Shown one piece after another: positions 28,439 through 38,544 of a DNA stretch of 55,096 nucleotides. The position numbers and the translations under genes were made by a program. The stretch lies in the sequence record DRR378314_661, one strand, 5' to 3'. Under the pieces are notes generated by a model. The model was not told where the DNA came from. It saw nothing but the letters and a program-made list of their open reading frames with translations, and did not search any database. Position 1 is the stretch's first letter; the number at the start of each line of letters is the position of its first letter.

Positions 28439-29427
28439 TGCGTGACTCTCTTCTCATGCCGGCGCTGATCATCGCAAGTGTCATCGCCCTCGTCGCCGCC
28501 TGCTTCCTGGGCTCGACAGCGCTCCCGGCAGACCGCCTCCTGTCAGCCCTGTTCGGCGGCGCGGACGCCGGAGACCGGTTGGTCGTGTGGCAGATCCGCC
28601 TGCCCCGCGCGATCGCGGCCTATATTGTAGGCGCCGCCCTCGGCATCAGCGGCGCTGCGCTGCAGGGATTGCTAAGAAACCCTCTGGCCGAGCCCGGCGT
28701 GCTGGGCGTTTCAGCTTCGGCGTCCCTGATGGCTACGTTCTCGCTCTACTACGGCATCGCGACGATCACGCCCTGGGCCCTGCCAATAGCGGCAATTATT
28801 GGTGCACTGACGGCAACTGCGGTGATAACAATTGCGGCCCTGAGAACACAATCAGTGGTGACGCTCATCCTGATTGGAGTCGGCCTGTCCAGCTTTGCGG
28901 GTGCAGCGATGAGCTTGTTGATGAACCTGGCGCCTAACCCTTTCTCCCTCTCCGACATGATCAACTGGATGCTTGGCTCAGTTGCCAATCGCAGCTTTGA
29001 CGAGATCAGGCTGGCAGCGCCGTTCATCCTTGCAGGCGGGCTGATCCTGTTTGTGACGCGCCGGGGCCTGTCCGCGCTGACACTCGGCGAAGAGGCCGCA
29101 AGTGGCATCGGGCTTGACCTTCGGCGGCAACGCATCGCGACCGTTGTGGGCGCGGGTCTGGCAACCGGCGGCGCAGTCGCCCTGGCTGGCGCGATCGGCT
29201 TTGTCGGCATTGTCGCGCCGCACATCATCCGGCCATTCGTGGGACACGATCCGGCGCGCTCGTTGATCCCGTCCGCGCTTCTTTCCGGTCTTATCCTTGT
29301 CGTTGCAGATATCTTCGTGCGCCTGATCCCCACGTCATCGGAGCTTAAGCTCGGCGTCGTCGCCGCCCTGATCGGTGCACCAGCCTTTGTCTGGATCGCG
29401 ATGCAAAGGCGGGCTGGAAATGACTGA
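28435..29427 (+). CDS. btuC: cobalamin ABC transporter permease (FecCD/BtuC)
   Basis: IRLPR, QGLLRNPLAEPG.LG, LGEEAA..G, G.IGFVG.VAPH. Confidence 0.9.
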   Translation: MMRDSLLMPALIIASVIALVAACFLGSTALPADRLLSALFGGADAGDRLVVWQIRLPRAIAAYIVGAALGISGAALQGLLRNPLAEPGVLGVSASASLMATFSLYYGIATITPWALPIAAIIGALTATAVITIAALRTQSVVTLILIGVGLSSFAGAAMSLLMNLAPNPFSLSDMINWMLGSVANRSFDEIRLAAPFILAGGLILFVTRRGLSALTLGEEAASGIGLDLRRQRIATVVGAGLATGGAVALAGAIGFVGIVAPHIIRPFVGHDPARSLIPSALLSGLILVVADIFVRLIPTSSELKLGVVAALIGAPAFVWIAMQRRAGND

Positions 29428-30181
29428 GTTGACCGTACAGAATATCTCTGTCCACGCGGATAGGTCCATGCTGGTCGATGATGCGAGCTTTGCCTTGGGA
29501 CGCGGGGAATTTGTCGCACTGCTCGGTCCGAACGGCGCAGGCAAGACCAGTCTCATTCGCGCCGCGATGGGGCTGCAGGATGCCAGCGCGGGACAACGCC
29601 TGCTAGGGGGAGCCGATGTGAAGACGCTGTCGCCAGCAGAACGCGCCCGTCAGATTGCCTACCTTCCCCAGACCCGTCCGCTCGCTTGGCCCAATTCGGT
29701 CCGAGACGTCGTGTCTCTCGGGCGGTTCAGTCATGGCGCGCCGCTTGGCCGCCTGAAAGGGCTGGACGCCGAGGCAGTTGACCGCGCGCTTCAGGCCTGC
29801 GGGCTCTCAGACCTCGCCACGCGCAAGACAAACACGCTGTCAGGCGGCGAACTGGCGCGCGTACACTGTGCCCGGGCCTTTGCCGCCGAAGCCCCCTTGC
29901 TGATCGCGGACGAGCCGATTGCCGCGCTCGACCCACGCCAGCAATTCCGAATTCTCGACCTGATCAAATCCTATGTCGACCATGGCGGCGGCGCGCTTGT
30001 CGTACTGCACGATATTCAGCTTGCGGCCCGGTATGCGTCGCGAATGATCTGGATGAAGGATGGCAAGATCGTCGCCGATGGACCACCAGCCGACACACTT
30101 ACGCCTGATCGGCTCAAGGATATTTATGGCGTCATCGCCCGTATTGAGGGCACCCAGATCTTCATCGAAGGTGCTGTGTGA
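29420..30181 (+). CDS. btuD: cobalamin ABC transporter ATP-binding protein
   Basis: GPNGAGKT, LSGGE.AR, ADEP, VLHD. Confidence 0.9.
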   Translation: MTELTVQNISVHADRSMLVDDASFALGRGEFVALLGPNGAGKTSLIRAAMGLQDASAGQRLLGGADVKTLSPAERARQIAYLPQTRPLAWPNSVRDVVSLGRFSHGAPLGRLKGLDAEAVDRALQACGLSDLATRKTNTLSGGELARVHCARAFAAEAPLLIADEPIAALDPRQQFRILDLIKSYVDHGGGALVVLHDIQLAARYASRMIWMKDGKIVADGPPADTLTPDRLKDIYGVIARIEGTQIFIEGAV

Positions 30182-31665
30182 GCGCTCGAGCCTTGATGTT
30201 GCAAGGCACCGGCTCTGACGTCGGAAAATCCGTGCTGACGGCTGCGCTTTGCCGTATCGCGCGTCGGCAAGGCTTGAGTGTGGCCCCATTCAAACCGCAG
30301 AACATGTCCAATAATGCAGCCGCCTGTCCCAGCGGCGGAGAGATTGGTCGGGCTCAGGCCCTGCAAGCTCGTGCCGCGGGGCTGGAACTTCACACGGACA
30401 TGAACCCTGTCCTGCTGAAGCCCCAGACCGACCGCGCGTCTCAGCTAGTGGTACATGGCAAAGCCCTGCGCGCGATGGAGGCGGCAGATTACATGGCAAG
30501 CCGTGATCAATTGATGGGCGCAGTCATGGAGAGCTTTGACCGGCTCGCTGAAGAGCATGATCTGATCATCGTCGAAGGCGCCGGCAGCCCGGCAGAAACC
30601 AATCTGCGCGCCCGCGATATTGCCAATATGGGGTTCGCGCGTCGTGCCGGTGTACCGGTCTGCCTGATTGGGGATATTGAAAAAGGTGGGGTGATCGCCA
30701 GTATCGTTGGCACCCGGACTGTAATCGACAGGAAAGACGCGGCCATGATCCGCGCCTTTCTGGTCAACAAGTTTCGCGGAGACCCGTCCTTGTTCGAAGA
30801 TGGGGTCAGGGAGATTGAGCGACGCACGAAATGGCCGTGTCTGGGCGTTATCCCCTGGCTACCGGCTACGGCAAAACTGCCCGCCGAGGATGCTGTGGTG
30901 TTGGGCACGCCATCCACCCAATCCGACAAGACGCTGAAGATTGTTGCCCCCATGTTTTCCCGGATGGCAAACTTCGATGATGCGGACCCGCTAAAGCTTG
31001 AGCCCGGCGTGGAGTTTGAATGGACCAGACCCGGACAGCCGATTCCGCGCGACGCCGATGTGATCATTCTGTTTGGCACCAAATCCACTTTGGGTGACCT
31101 CGCCTTCATGCGCGCGCAGGGATGGGATCACGACATCCTGGCCCATGCTCGCGCAGGTGGTCGCGTTCTGGGCATTTGCGGTGGCTACCAGATGCTTGGA
31201 CAATCCATCACAGACCCTAATGGCGTGGATGGTGAACCCGGCGACGCGCTGGGGCTCGGCCTGCTGGATGTCGAAACGACAATGACCCGCCACAAGGACG
31301 TTCGCCCCGTTTCGAACGCGCAGACCTTTATCGGGTCAACGACATCCGGCTACGTCATTCATGTTGGTCGCACGAATGGCCCCGATACAGACCGTCCCTT
31401 TGCAACGCTGGAAGGTGAGAGAGACGGCGCACGCAATGGGAATGGCCGCGTCATGGGCACCTATTTTCACGGCGCTTTCGCAAACAATGAGTTCCGGCGG
31501 GACTGGCTGGAGCATGTTGGCCACTCCGGACGATCCACGCTCGACTATGACGCGGCCGTTGACGGCGCCTTGGATGATTTGGCTGATGGCGTCGAGGCAA
31601 GCGTCGATGTTGAAGCGCTGCTGAATCTCGCCGAGCCAGTCGGTTGGCGCCGGGACAAAACATGA
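30178..31665 (+). CDS. cobQ: cobyric acid synthase
   Basis: QGTGSDVGKS, PFKPQNMSNN, EIGRAQ, EGAGSPAE.NL, GICGGYQMLG, GTY.HG. Confidence 0.96.
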   Translation: MSARALMLQGTGSDVGKSVLTAALCRIARRQGLSVAPFKPQNMSNNAAACPSGGEIGRAQALQARAAGLELHTDMNPVLLKPQTDRASQLVVHGKALRAMEAADYMASRDQLMGAVMESFDRLAEEHDLIIVEGAGSPAETNLRARDIANMGFARRAGVPVCLIGDIEKGGVIASIVGTRTVIDRKDAAMIRAFLVNKFRGDPSLFEDGVREIERRTKWPCLGVIPWLPATAKLPAEDAVVLGTPSTQSDKTLKIVAPMFSRMANFDDADPLKLEPGVEFEWTRPGQPIPRDADVIILFGTKSTLGDLAFMRAQGWDHDILAHARAGGRVLGICGGYQMLGQSITDPNGVDGEPGDALGLGLLDVETTMTRHKDVRPVSNAQTFIGSTTSGYVIHVGRTNGPDTDRPFATLEGERDGARNGNGRVMGTYFHGAFANNEFRRDWLEHVGHSGRSTLDYDAAVDGALDDLADGVEASVDVEALLNLAEPVGWRRDKT

Positions 31666-32612
31666 TGCTTTACGCGCCACTCCTACTGGGCGCGTGGTTG
31701 ATCGAAGCGCTGTTCGGCTGGCCCAAGCCATTGTTCAGTACTATCCGGCATCCTGTAGTATGGTTGGGCTGGATAATTTCGTCGACGGACAATCGACTGA
31801 ACCGGCTGCGATGGCCCCACTGGACCAATTATGCATTAGGCGGATTATTCTCCTTGCTGCTTATATTAGGCACAGCGGCATTTGCGTGGGCAGTATCGGA
31901 TACCTTACCCAATACATGGTGGGGATGGCTGGTGGAATGCCTGATCGCCTCCTCACTTGTCGCGTCCCGCAGCCTGCACACGCACGTGGCCGCTGTGGCA
32001 ATCCCTCTTGCATCCGGAAATATGGAGGCCGCCCGCAAAGCAGTTTCCATGATTGTTGGGCGTGACCCCAAACAGCTCGACGAAGCGGGCATTTCGCGCG
32101 CCGCCCTCGAAAGCCTCTCAGAGAACATGTCCGATGGCGTGATCGCACCGGTATTCTGGGGGGTACTGTTTGGATTGCCGGGCATTGCGGCCTACAAGGC
32201 AATTAATACACTCGACTCCATGATCGGACATCGCAGCGAACAGCACGAAGCCTTTGGAGGGTTTGCGGCACGGCTGGACGATATCGCGAATTTGATACCG
32301 GCGCGCCTTACCGGATTGTTCATCACGCTGGTCAGCGGACGCCCGTCTTCGGCCGAAGTGATGATACGGGATGCGCGCAAGCATCGCTCACCAAATGCAG
32401 GCTGGCCTGAAGCCGCGATGGCCGGGGCTCTGGATGTGCGCCTGTCGGGGCCGCGGCGTTATCAGGGCCACACCAGCGACGAACCCTGGCTTAACCCGGG
32501 GCGACCTGACCCCACTTCCGCGGATTTGGCAAAGGGGCTGAACATCTATCGCAAGGCGTGTCTGCTTGGCATGGTTTTCGTCGCGCTGATTGCTGGTGTG
32601 GAGCTGATCTGA
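31662..32612 (+). CDS. cbiB: adenosylcobinamide-phosphate synthase (CbiB/CobD)
   Basis: HPVVW.G, IVGRD, ESLSEN.SDG, YKAINTLDSMIG, SPNAGWPEAAMAGAL. Confidence 0.95.
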   Translation: MMLYAPLLLGAWLIEALFGWPKPLFSTIRHPVVWLGWIISSTDNRLNRLRWPHWTNYALGGLFSLLLILGTAAFAWAVSDTLPNTWWGWLVECLIASSLVASRSLHTHVAAVAIPLASGNMEAARKAVSMIVGRDPKQLDEAGISRAALESLSENMSDGVIAPVFWGVLFGLPGIAAYKAINTLDSMIGHRSEQHEAFGGFAARLDDIANLIPARLTGLFITLVSGRPSSAEVMIRDARKHRSPNAGWPEAAMAGALDVRLSGPRRYQGHTSDEPWLNPGRPDPTSADLAKGLNIYRKACLLGMVFVALIAGVELI

Positions 32613-33610
32613 TGTCAGATGATCTGTTGCATGGCGGTTCGCTTGACCGAATGCGTGTCGCTTTCCCGGATGCGCCAGAGCCTTGGCTGGACCTGTCCAC
32701 GGGCATTAACCCCTGGCCCTATCCAGTAGAGCCTGCGAGCGCGGATGCGCTGCATCACCTGCCGACGCGAGAGGCCTATACCCGCTGCCTCGCCGCGATG
32801 GCGAAAGCGATGGGCGCACCCACCGAGTCCATGCGCCTATCGCCGGGCAGCGAGCTACTGATCCGTTTGCTGCCGAAAATCATCTCACCTGAAAAGACCA
32901 TCGTGCTATCTCCCTCCTACGGAGACCATCAAAAGGTCTGGAACGCGTCGTCGAGTATTGTAACTGAAAGCGCTGATCCGCTCACTCATGCGGATACGGC
33001 AGACGCAATTGTGTTGTGTAACCCGAATAATCCTGATGGGCGCATCTTTACTCTGGATGAACTCGAAATGGCTCGCGCCAGACTGGCGAAGCGTGGTGGC
33101 TGGCTGATTGTCGACGAAGCCTATGCAGATTTGAACCCGGATTTCAGTCTTGCACCGTACGGAGGCGCGCCGGGACTGATTGTTCTGCGCTCTTTCGGAA
33201 AGTTCTTCGGCCTGGCCGGTGTCCGCCTCGGCGCGGTCATTGCGCCGACGGACATACTGGAAGCATTCGATCAGCTACTCGGTGTGTGGCCAGTCTCAGG
33301 GAATGCGCTGGAGATTGGTGCCGTTGCGTATACCGATATGGACTGGCAAGCGGACATACGCCGACGTCTGTCAAAGCGGTGCAACAGGCTGGACGAGATA
33401 CTCAGCGCACACCGATTAGGACCTGTTCAGGGCACAGACCTCTTTCGGTATGTCACCTGCGAGGACGCTCACACACTCTGGCGGAGGCTCGCTCATCAGG
33501 GCATATATGTCAGGCGTTTTGCGTGGTCGGACAGACATCTGCGCATCGGTCTGCCCGGCTCGGACTCAGATGAGGCCAGACTGAACGCTGCACTCAGCCT
33601 TTCAGTTTGA
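32612..33610 (+). CDS. L-threonine-O-3-phosphate decarboxylase (Salmonella CobD / Pseudomonas CobC type)
   Basis: HGG, WLDLSTGINP, NPNNPDG, VDEAY, LRSFGKFFGLAG.RLG (PLP lysine). Confidence 0.9.
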   Translation: MSDDLLHGGSLDRMRVAFPDAPEPWLDLSTGINPWPYPVEPASADALHHLPTREAYTRCLAAMAKAMGAPTESMRLSPGSELLIRLLPKIISPEKTIVLSPSYGDHQKVWNASSSIVTESADPLTHADTADAIVLCNPNNPDGRIFTLDELEMARARLAKRGGWLIVDEAYADLNPDFSLAPYGGAPGLIVLRSFGKFFGLAGVRLGAVIAPTDILEAFDQLLGVWPVSGNALEIGAVAYTDMDWQADIRRRLSKRCNRLDEILSAHRLGPVQGTDLFRYVTCEDAHTLWRRLAHQGIYVRRFAWSDRHLRIGLPGSDSDEARLNAALSLSV

Positions 33611-34106
33611 GTGGAAGCCCCGCCGCGACGAACTCGACCTGATCGCAGACTTTGGCGACGCGCTGGTTCAAGCGTCCCTGTGCATCCCGGAATTCACGGC
33701 CAAGGCTTGTCTCCGGGACAAGCCCGAGACCGATCTCATTTGAGACGAGCGCAATGCTGCAATTTGATTGCGACAATGCCTCGCACAAGGCGTCTGCTTC
33801 AGCTGCCATATCGCGCTCATGATGGAACAGGTTTGATAACCAGAGCGTCAGGCAATCAATGAGGAGGAATTCATCCGAGCCTTCGTTTGCCTTAACGGCG
33901 CTGACGAGATTCAGCGGCACCTCAAGCGTTCGCCAGCCCTGCCCCCTATCTGCCTGATGGCGTGCGATCCGGTCTGCCATTTCTGTGTCCAGAGCCTCTG
34001 CCGTCGCGATGAAGACACGCTGCGGAGATGCCGCTTCGGCAAGCGATTGCGCGCGAGAACTCTTGCCGGATCGTGCTCCGCCGAGGATCAAATACTTTGT
34101 CATCAA
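33594..34106 (-). CDS. cobU: adenosylcobinamide kinase / adenosylcobinamide-phosphate guanylyltransferase (CobU/CobP)
   Basis: GGARSGKS, EM..RI..H, DCLTLWLSN, VSNE.G.G.VP, FRD..G..NQ, AGLP. Confidence 0.96.
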   Translation of the reverse strand: MMTKYLILGGARSGKSSRAQSLAEAASPQRVFIATAEALDTEMADRIARHQADRGQGWRTLEVPLNLVSAVKANEGSDEFLLIDCLTLWLSNLFHHERDMAAEADALCEALSQSNCSIALVSNEIGLGLVPETSLGREFRDAQGRLNQRVAKVCDQVEFVAAGLPLKLKG

Positions 34107-34155
34107 GACCTAATGGCAGGACTGCGCGCAAAGCGCAAAGGCAGTCCTGAACATG

Positions 34156-34308
34156 TCAGGCTGGGGTATCGTCGTCATCGTCCAGGATGCGGTAGGCCGG
34201 TCCTTGCATGTCATCGAACTGGCCAGACCGGATCGACCAGATGAACGCCCCGAGCCCGAGCAGGCCCAGCGCGAGGGCTACAGGGATCAGATACACGATG
34301 ATGGTCAT
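34156..34308 (-). CDS. ccoS: cbb3 oxidase maturation protein FixS/CcoS (50 aa; absent from ORF track)
   Basis: Translated by hand: MTIIVYLIPVALALGLLGLGAFIWSIRSGQFDDMQGPAYRILDDDDDTPA, with GQFDD..G.A.RIL motif. Confidence 0.95.
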   Translation of the reverse strand: MTIIVYLIPVALALGLLGLGAFIWSIRSGQFDDMQGPAYRILDDDDDTPA

Positions 34309-34314
34309 ATCGCC

Positions 34315-36558
34315 CTATTCCCCGATCTGGAGCCGCATGGCATTCAACGTCACGATAATCGACGATAGCGACATGGCAATGGCGGCCACAAGCGGCGTGA
34401 CGTTCCCCGTCACCGCGATCGGGACCGCGATGACGTTATAAGCAGCGGCGAGAGCGAAATTCTGGCGCATGATGGCGCGAGTCTTTCTGGCAACTTTGAG
34501 AATGAGCGGAATGGCCTGCATGCCGCCGCTATAGACCGCGTCGCTGGCAGACTGACTGATGTCGATCGCCGCGCCGGGCGCGAGCGAGGCATGGGCCAGA
34601 GACAGCGCACCAGCATCGTTCAACCCATCTCCAACCATGAGCACATGTGCATTCTGTGTGCGCAGCGCCTCCAGCCGGGCGACCTTGTCTTTGGGTTTGG
34701 ATTCGCCGGTCCAGTCATTGATGCCCAGACAATTGGCCAGTGCGGATACCGAAGCGTTCTGGTCACCGGACACGATCTCAAGGTTGATGGACTGGTCACG
34801 CAACGTATCGAGCGCTTCACGCGCGCCGGGCTGAATGTCGTCTGTGAACTGGAATTTCACTTCTGGCTCATCCCCTCGCGAGAACCAGAGAGACGGTCCA
34901 GATGCTTCGCCATCGGCCTCCGCGCCGACCCATGCGGCAGAGCCCAAGCGCCAGATCATTCCGTCGAGTTCAGCTTCAAGGCCGTGGCCAGCAATCTCTT
35001 TCACGTTTTCGGCTGCTGCCCCGACGCCTGCGGCTGACACCAGTGCGCGGGAAAGCGGATGGTGGCTGGCTCTGGCCAGACGTGCCGCGTCAGAGAGCAG
35101 GCGACTGGCCTCTTGTGAACGTGCCTCGAGCAGACGATCGCCGATCAAAATGGAGTTCAGCTTGGGTGTACCCAGAGTGAGCGTTCCCGTCTTGTCGAAA
35201 ACGATATGATCAATCTCGGCTAGACGCTCAAACGCATCGCCTGAACGCAAATAGACGCCCTTTCGGAACAGGCGGCCCGCAGCAACAACTTGCGCCACCG
35301 GCGCAGCCAGTGCGAGCGCGCAAGGGCACGTGATGATCAATGTCGCCGCCGCAATCATCAGAGCGTCCGGCAGTGATGCCCCCAGCAGCAGCCAGCCAAA
35401 ACAGGCCAGCGCAGCCGTCGTGTGAACGAACGGCACATAGATAGAAACCGCACGATCCGCGATGCGGCGATAGGCAGACCGGCGCTGCTCGCCTGCTTCC
35501 AGCATTTCTCCAATCTGGGAAAGCAGCGAGTCCTCGACCGCCTTCAGCGCTTCTCCGCGCAGTTGCGCCGAAACATTGATAGCACCTGCGTGCAGCACCA
35601 TCCCTGGCGAGAACGTGCGGGGAATGGACTCTCCGGTAACCAGGGACTCGTCGACATCACTTGTTCCGGCGAGGATGCGCATATCGACCATCGCGCGCTC
35701 GCCAGGCGCAAGCAGGATATGGTCACCCGCGGCAACATCGCTTGCAGCAACGGATACAGCTTCTCCATTACCGGCCACTCGCGTAACTGCGCTGGTCTGC
35801 ATGGCTGCGAGCGCATTCGCTGCGGCGTGTGCCTGTCGGCGCAGACGCGCATCCAGAAAGCGTCCGATCAGCAAGAAGAAACAGAGCATCACAACAGCGT
35901 CGAAATAGGCGTGCTCGCCGCCGCGGAAAGTTTCGAACACGCTGACGCCAAACGCCAGACTAAGCGCGAGCGAAATCGGCACATCCATATTGGCGTGACC
36001 ATTGCTGAGCGCGGCCCAGGCAGAGCGGAAGAAATGCCGTCCAGAGAACAGGAGCACCGGCAGGGCGATTGCGCCCGACAGCGCGTGCAGGGTCTGGCGC
36101 GTCGCCTCGCCCATTTCTCCGTGCCCAGCCCAGACCGATACCGAGAGCAGCATGATGTTCGCCGCTGCGAAACCGGCAACACCCATTGAGATCAGGAGCG
36201 AACGTTCTTCACGGGCCTTGTTGACCGCCCCTTGGTCAGCAGCCTGCGCCGCCACGCCATAACCAAGGTCGGAGACTGTCTGCGCAATACGGTCAGCCGC
36301 CAGCGAACCTTTCCACCGAACGCGCATCTGGCCACTGGACAAATTCAGGCGAGCTTGCGTGACCCCCGGCAAGGCAGACACGGATTTTTCGATCTTGCTG
36401 AGACAGCCACCACATTTCGCCCCGCGCACTACCAGATCGAGCGCATTCTCATCGCCAACATGTCGAACGAACCCCGCATAGCCCGTCTTGGTGGCCTTTT
36501 CTGCCGCGGGGGCCATACCGGACGGACAGCCCGGCGCAGTGCTCGTCAATGACGTCAT
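34315..36558 (-). CDS. ccoI: copper-translocating P1B-type ATPase FixI/CcoI
   Basis: HMA CGGC, TGES, TCPCAL, DKTGTLT, HP, VGDGLND. Confidence 0.95.
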   Translation of the reverse strand: MTSLTSTAPGCPSGMAPAAEKATKTGYAGFVRHVGDENALDLVVRGAKCGGCLSKIEKSVSALPGVTQARLNLSSGQMRVRWKGSLAADRIAQTVSDLGYGVAAQAADQGAVNKAREERSLLISMGVAGFAAANIMLLSVSVWAGHGEMGEATRQTLHALSGAIALPVLLFSGRHFFRSAWAALSNGHANMDVPISLALSLAFGVSVFETFRGGEHAYFDAVVMLCFFLLIGRFLDARLRRQAHAAANALAAMQTSAVTRVAGNGEAVSVAASDVAAGDHILLAPGERAMVDMRILAGTSDVDESLVTGESIPRTFSPGMVLHAGAINVSAQLRGEALKAVEDSLLSQIGEMLEAGEQRRSAYRRIADRAVSIYVPFVHTTAALACFGWLLLGASLPDALMIAAATLIITCPCALALAAPVAQVVAAGRLFRKGVYLRSGDAFERLAEIDHIVFDKTGTLTLGTPKLNSILIGDRLLEARSQEASRLLSDAARLARASHHPLSRALVSAAGVGAAAENVKEIAGHGLEAELDGMIWRLGSAAWVGAEADGEASGPSLWFSRGDEPEVKFQFTDDIQPGAREALDTLRDQSINLEIVSGDQNASVSALANCLGINDWTGESKPKDKVARLEALRTQNAHVLMVGDGLNDAGALSLAHASLAPGAAIDISQSASDAVYSGGMQAIPLILKVARKTRAIMRQNFALAAAYNVIAVPIAVTGNVTPLVAAIAMSLSSIIVTLNAMRLQIGE

Positions 36559-37067
36559 GGTGTGATGACAATCCTCTTGTCGGCGCGAAACACGATGTCT
36601 TCCCCGGCGGGATCACTGACCTGAAACTGAACATCCCAGCGCCCTGCTGGCAAGTCGGACAAATTCACCGCATAGCTTCCAGATTGGAGAGGCTCCATCT
36701 CCACAATCTGGTCATGTGCCGTGCTCGCCGCCCGGCGTAGCTCGCTCTTCACCAGATACCCTACCAACGGATTTCCGTCGGCGTCGGTCAGGTCGAACAC
36801 GAGATCACTGCCCACCATGCCGGCGGCGGCGCTCCATCCGAGTTGATCCTGCGCGGCTTTCGCTTCCAATGTGTGATTATAGTCCAGCCCTTGCAGGTAG
36901 GACTTCTTCACATCCTCGCCCGGAAAGCTGGTGATGGCATGGTAAAGGAACACGCCGTTCACAGCGAACATCACGCCGAAGAAACCAAGCATGATGAGGA
37001 GAACATGCCATCCCGTCAGCTTTCCCTTTGAGGGCACCTGTTCAGCACTCATGATCTGTCCAGTCAT
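36555..37067 (-). CDS. ccoH: FixH/CcoH protein
   Basis: LTG.HVL....GFFGV.FAVN...Y.A..SF.G, Q..LGW, GRW. Confidence 0.92.
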   Translation of the reverse strand: MTGQIMSAEQVPSKGKLTGWHVLLIMLGFFGVMFAVNGVFLYHAITSFPGEDVKKSYLQGLDYNHTLEAKAAQDQLGWSAAAGMVGSDLVFDLTDADGNPLVGYLVKSELRRAASTAHDQIVEMEPLQSGSYAVNLSDLPAGRWDVQFQVSDPAGEDIVFRADKRIVITP

Positions 37068-38536
37068 TGTTCAGCTCCTCTGAAAGACGAGATATTCACA
37101 TCAGCCTCGCCTGTTTCCGCATCCTTGACGGTGAAGGTAATTTGCCGACGTGGTGCGCCGGCCTCTGCAGCGACAAGAATTCTATAGCGATCAACACCGA
37201 AGCCTTCGACGGGGAGTTCGAGCGTTTCGCTGCCCTCATGATCCATGCCGATAACCTTGAAGGAGAGGCCCTCCAGGCCCGCAACGTCCAGCAACATGGT
37301 CCGCGGCTCGCTGGCCTTGTTCACGAGCTTTAACGTATAGCCATTCTGGATGCGCCCGTCGGACAGCATGACATATGGCGGTGAGCGATCCTTCAGCACG
37401 TTGGCCTCAAGAGTTGATTTCGTGGCGAGCCCCCAAACCATCAAAACTCCGATCACAGACATGACAACAGCATATAGCAGAGTGCGCGCGCGAATGATCT
37501 TGTGTTTCGGCGGTGTGCAACCCTCATTCCGCGCCGCGACAGCAATCTGTGTGTCGTAAGCTATCAGACCTTTGGGGCGACCGATCTTCACCATCATCTC
37601 GTCGCATGCATCAATGCACAAGGCGCAATGAATACACTCCAACTGCTCCCCATCGCGAATGTCGATTCCCATCGGGCAGACCTGAACGCATTGATCGCAG
37701 TCAATGCAGTCGCCACGCTCATCCCAGCTTTCGGACTTTCGCTTCGGACCACGCGGTTCCCCTCGGTCGTACCGATAGGTGACATTCAGAGCCTGTTCGT
37801 CGGTCAGAGCCCCCTGAATGCGCGGCCAGGGGCACATGTAGGTGCACACCTGCTCGCGCATGGTCCCTGCCAGGAAGTAGGTCGTAAGCGTCAAAATGCC
37901 GGCAAACCAATACGCAGTCAGCGGCGCTTCGCCCTTGAACCAGCCTGCTGCAACCGTAGGCGCATCATGCCAGTAGAGAATGAACGCGCCGCCTGTCCAG
38001 AACGCTATGATCAGCCAGACTGCATGTTTGCCGAGCTTTCTTGAAAGCTTGTTGACGGACCAGGGCGCCTTGTCCAGACGCATGCGCGCGGCGCGGTCGC
38101 CTTCGAAAGCGCGCTCGACCCAAATATAGAGATCCGTCCAGACCGTTTGCGGACAAGTGTATCCACACCAGACCCGCCCCAACAAAGACGTGACCAGAAA
38201 CAAGAGCAGCGCAGCGAGGATGAGCCCGCCGGCCATGAAGTGAATGTCCTGCGGCCAGAGCTCGATGAAAAAGAAATAGAACTTTTCACTGGCAAAATCC
38301 GCCAGCACCGCCTGGTCCGGTACGCCCTCACCGCGATTCCAGCGAACCCACGGCAATCCATAATAGACCCCCAGAGTGGCCGCCATCACGAGCCATTTGA
38401 CCATCCTGAACTTGCCATGCGCAAGTTTGGGATAGATCTGCTTACGCTTGGCATAAAGGTCTTCATGCCGCGGCGGGTCCCCACCCTGCTGGGCGGGGAG
38501 CTTGGCCGTTTTATCGATGAGGGTCGAACTGGCCAT
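37064..38536 (-). CDS. ccoG: cytochrome c oxidase accessory protein FixG/CcoG
   Basis: GRVWCGY.CPQTVW, REQVC.YMCPWPRIQ, CIDC..C..VCP.GIDIR.G.QLECI.CALCIDAC. Confidence 0.97.
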   Translation of the reverse strand: MASSTLIDKTAKLPAQQGGDPPRHEDLYAKRKQIYPKLAHGKFRMVKWLVMAATLGVYYGLPWVRWNRGEGVPDQAVLADFASEKFYFFFIELWPQDIHFMAGGLILAALLLFLVTSLLGRVWCGYTCPQTVWTDLYIWVERAFEGDRAARMRLDKAPWSVNKLSRKLGKHAVWLIIAFWTGGAFILYWHDAPTVAAGWFKGEAPLTAYWFAGILTLTTYFLAGTMREQVCTYMCPWPRIQGALTDEQALNVTYRYDRGEPRGPKRKSESWDERGDCIDCDQCVQVCPMGIDIRDGEQLECIHCALCIDACDEMMVKIGRPKGLIAYDTQIAVAARNEGCTPPKHKIIRARTLLYAVVMSVIGVLMVWGLATKSTLEANVLKDRSPPYVMLSDGRIQNGYTLKLVNKASEPRTMLLDVAGLEGLSFKVIGMDHEGSETLELPVEGFGVDRYRILVAAEAGAPRRQITFTVKDAETGEADVNISSFRGAEQ

Positions 38537-38544
38537 GTCGGGGT

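Noticed and set aside
31348..31362. CobQ GYVIH instead of the usual GYEIH as evidence of inactivation
   Set aside because: The catalytic Cys (GICGGYQ) and His (GTYFHG) are intact and the frame is full length. One substitution is not enough evidence.
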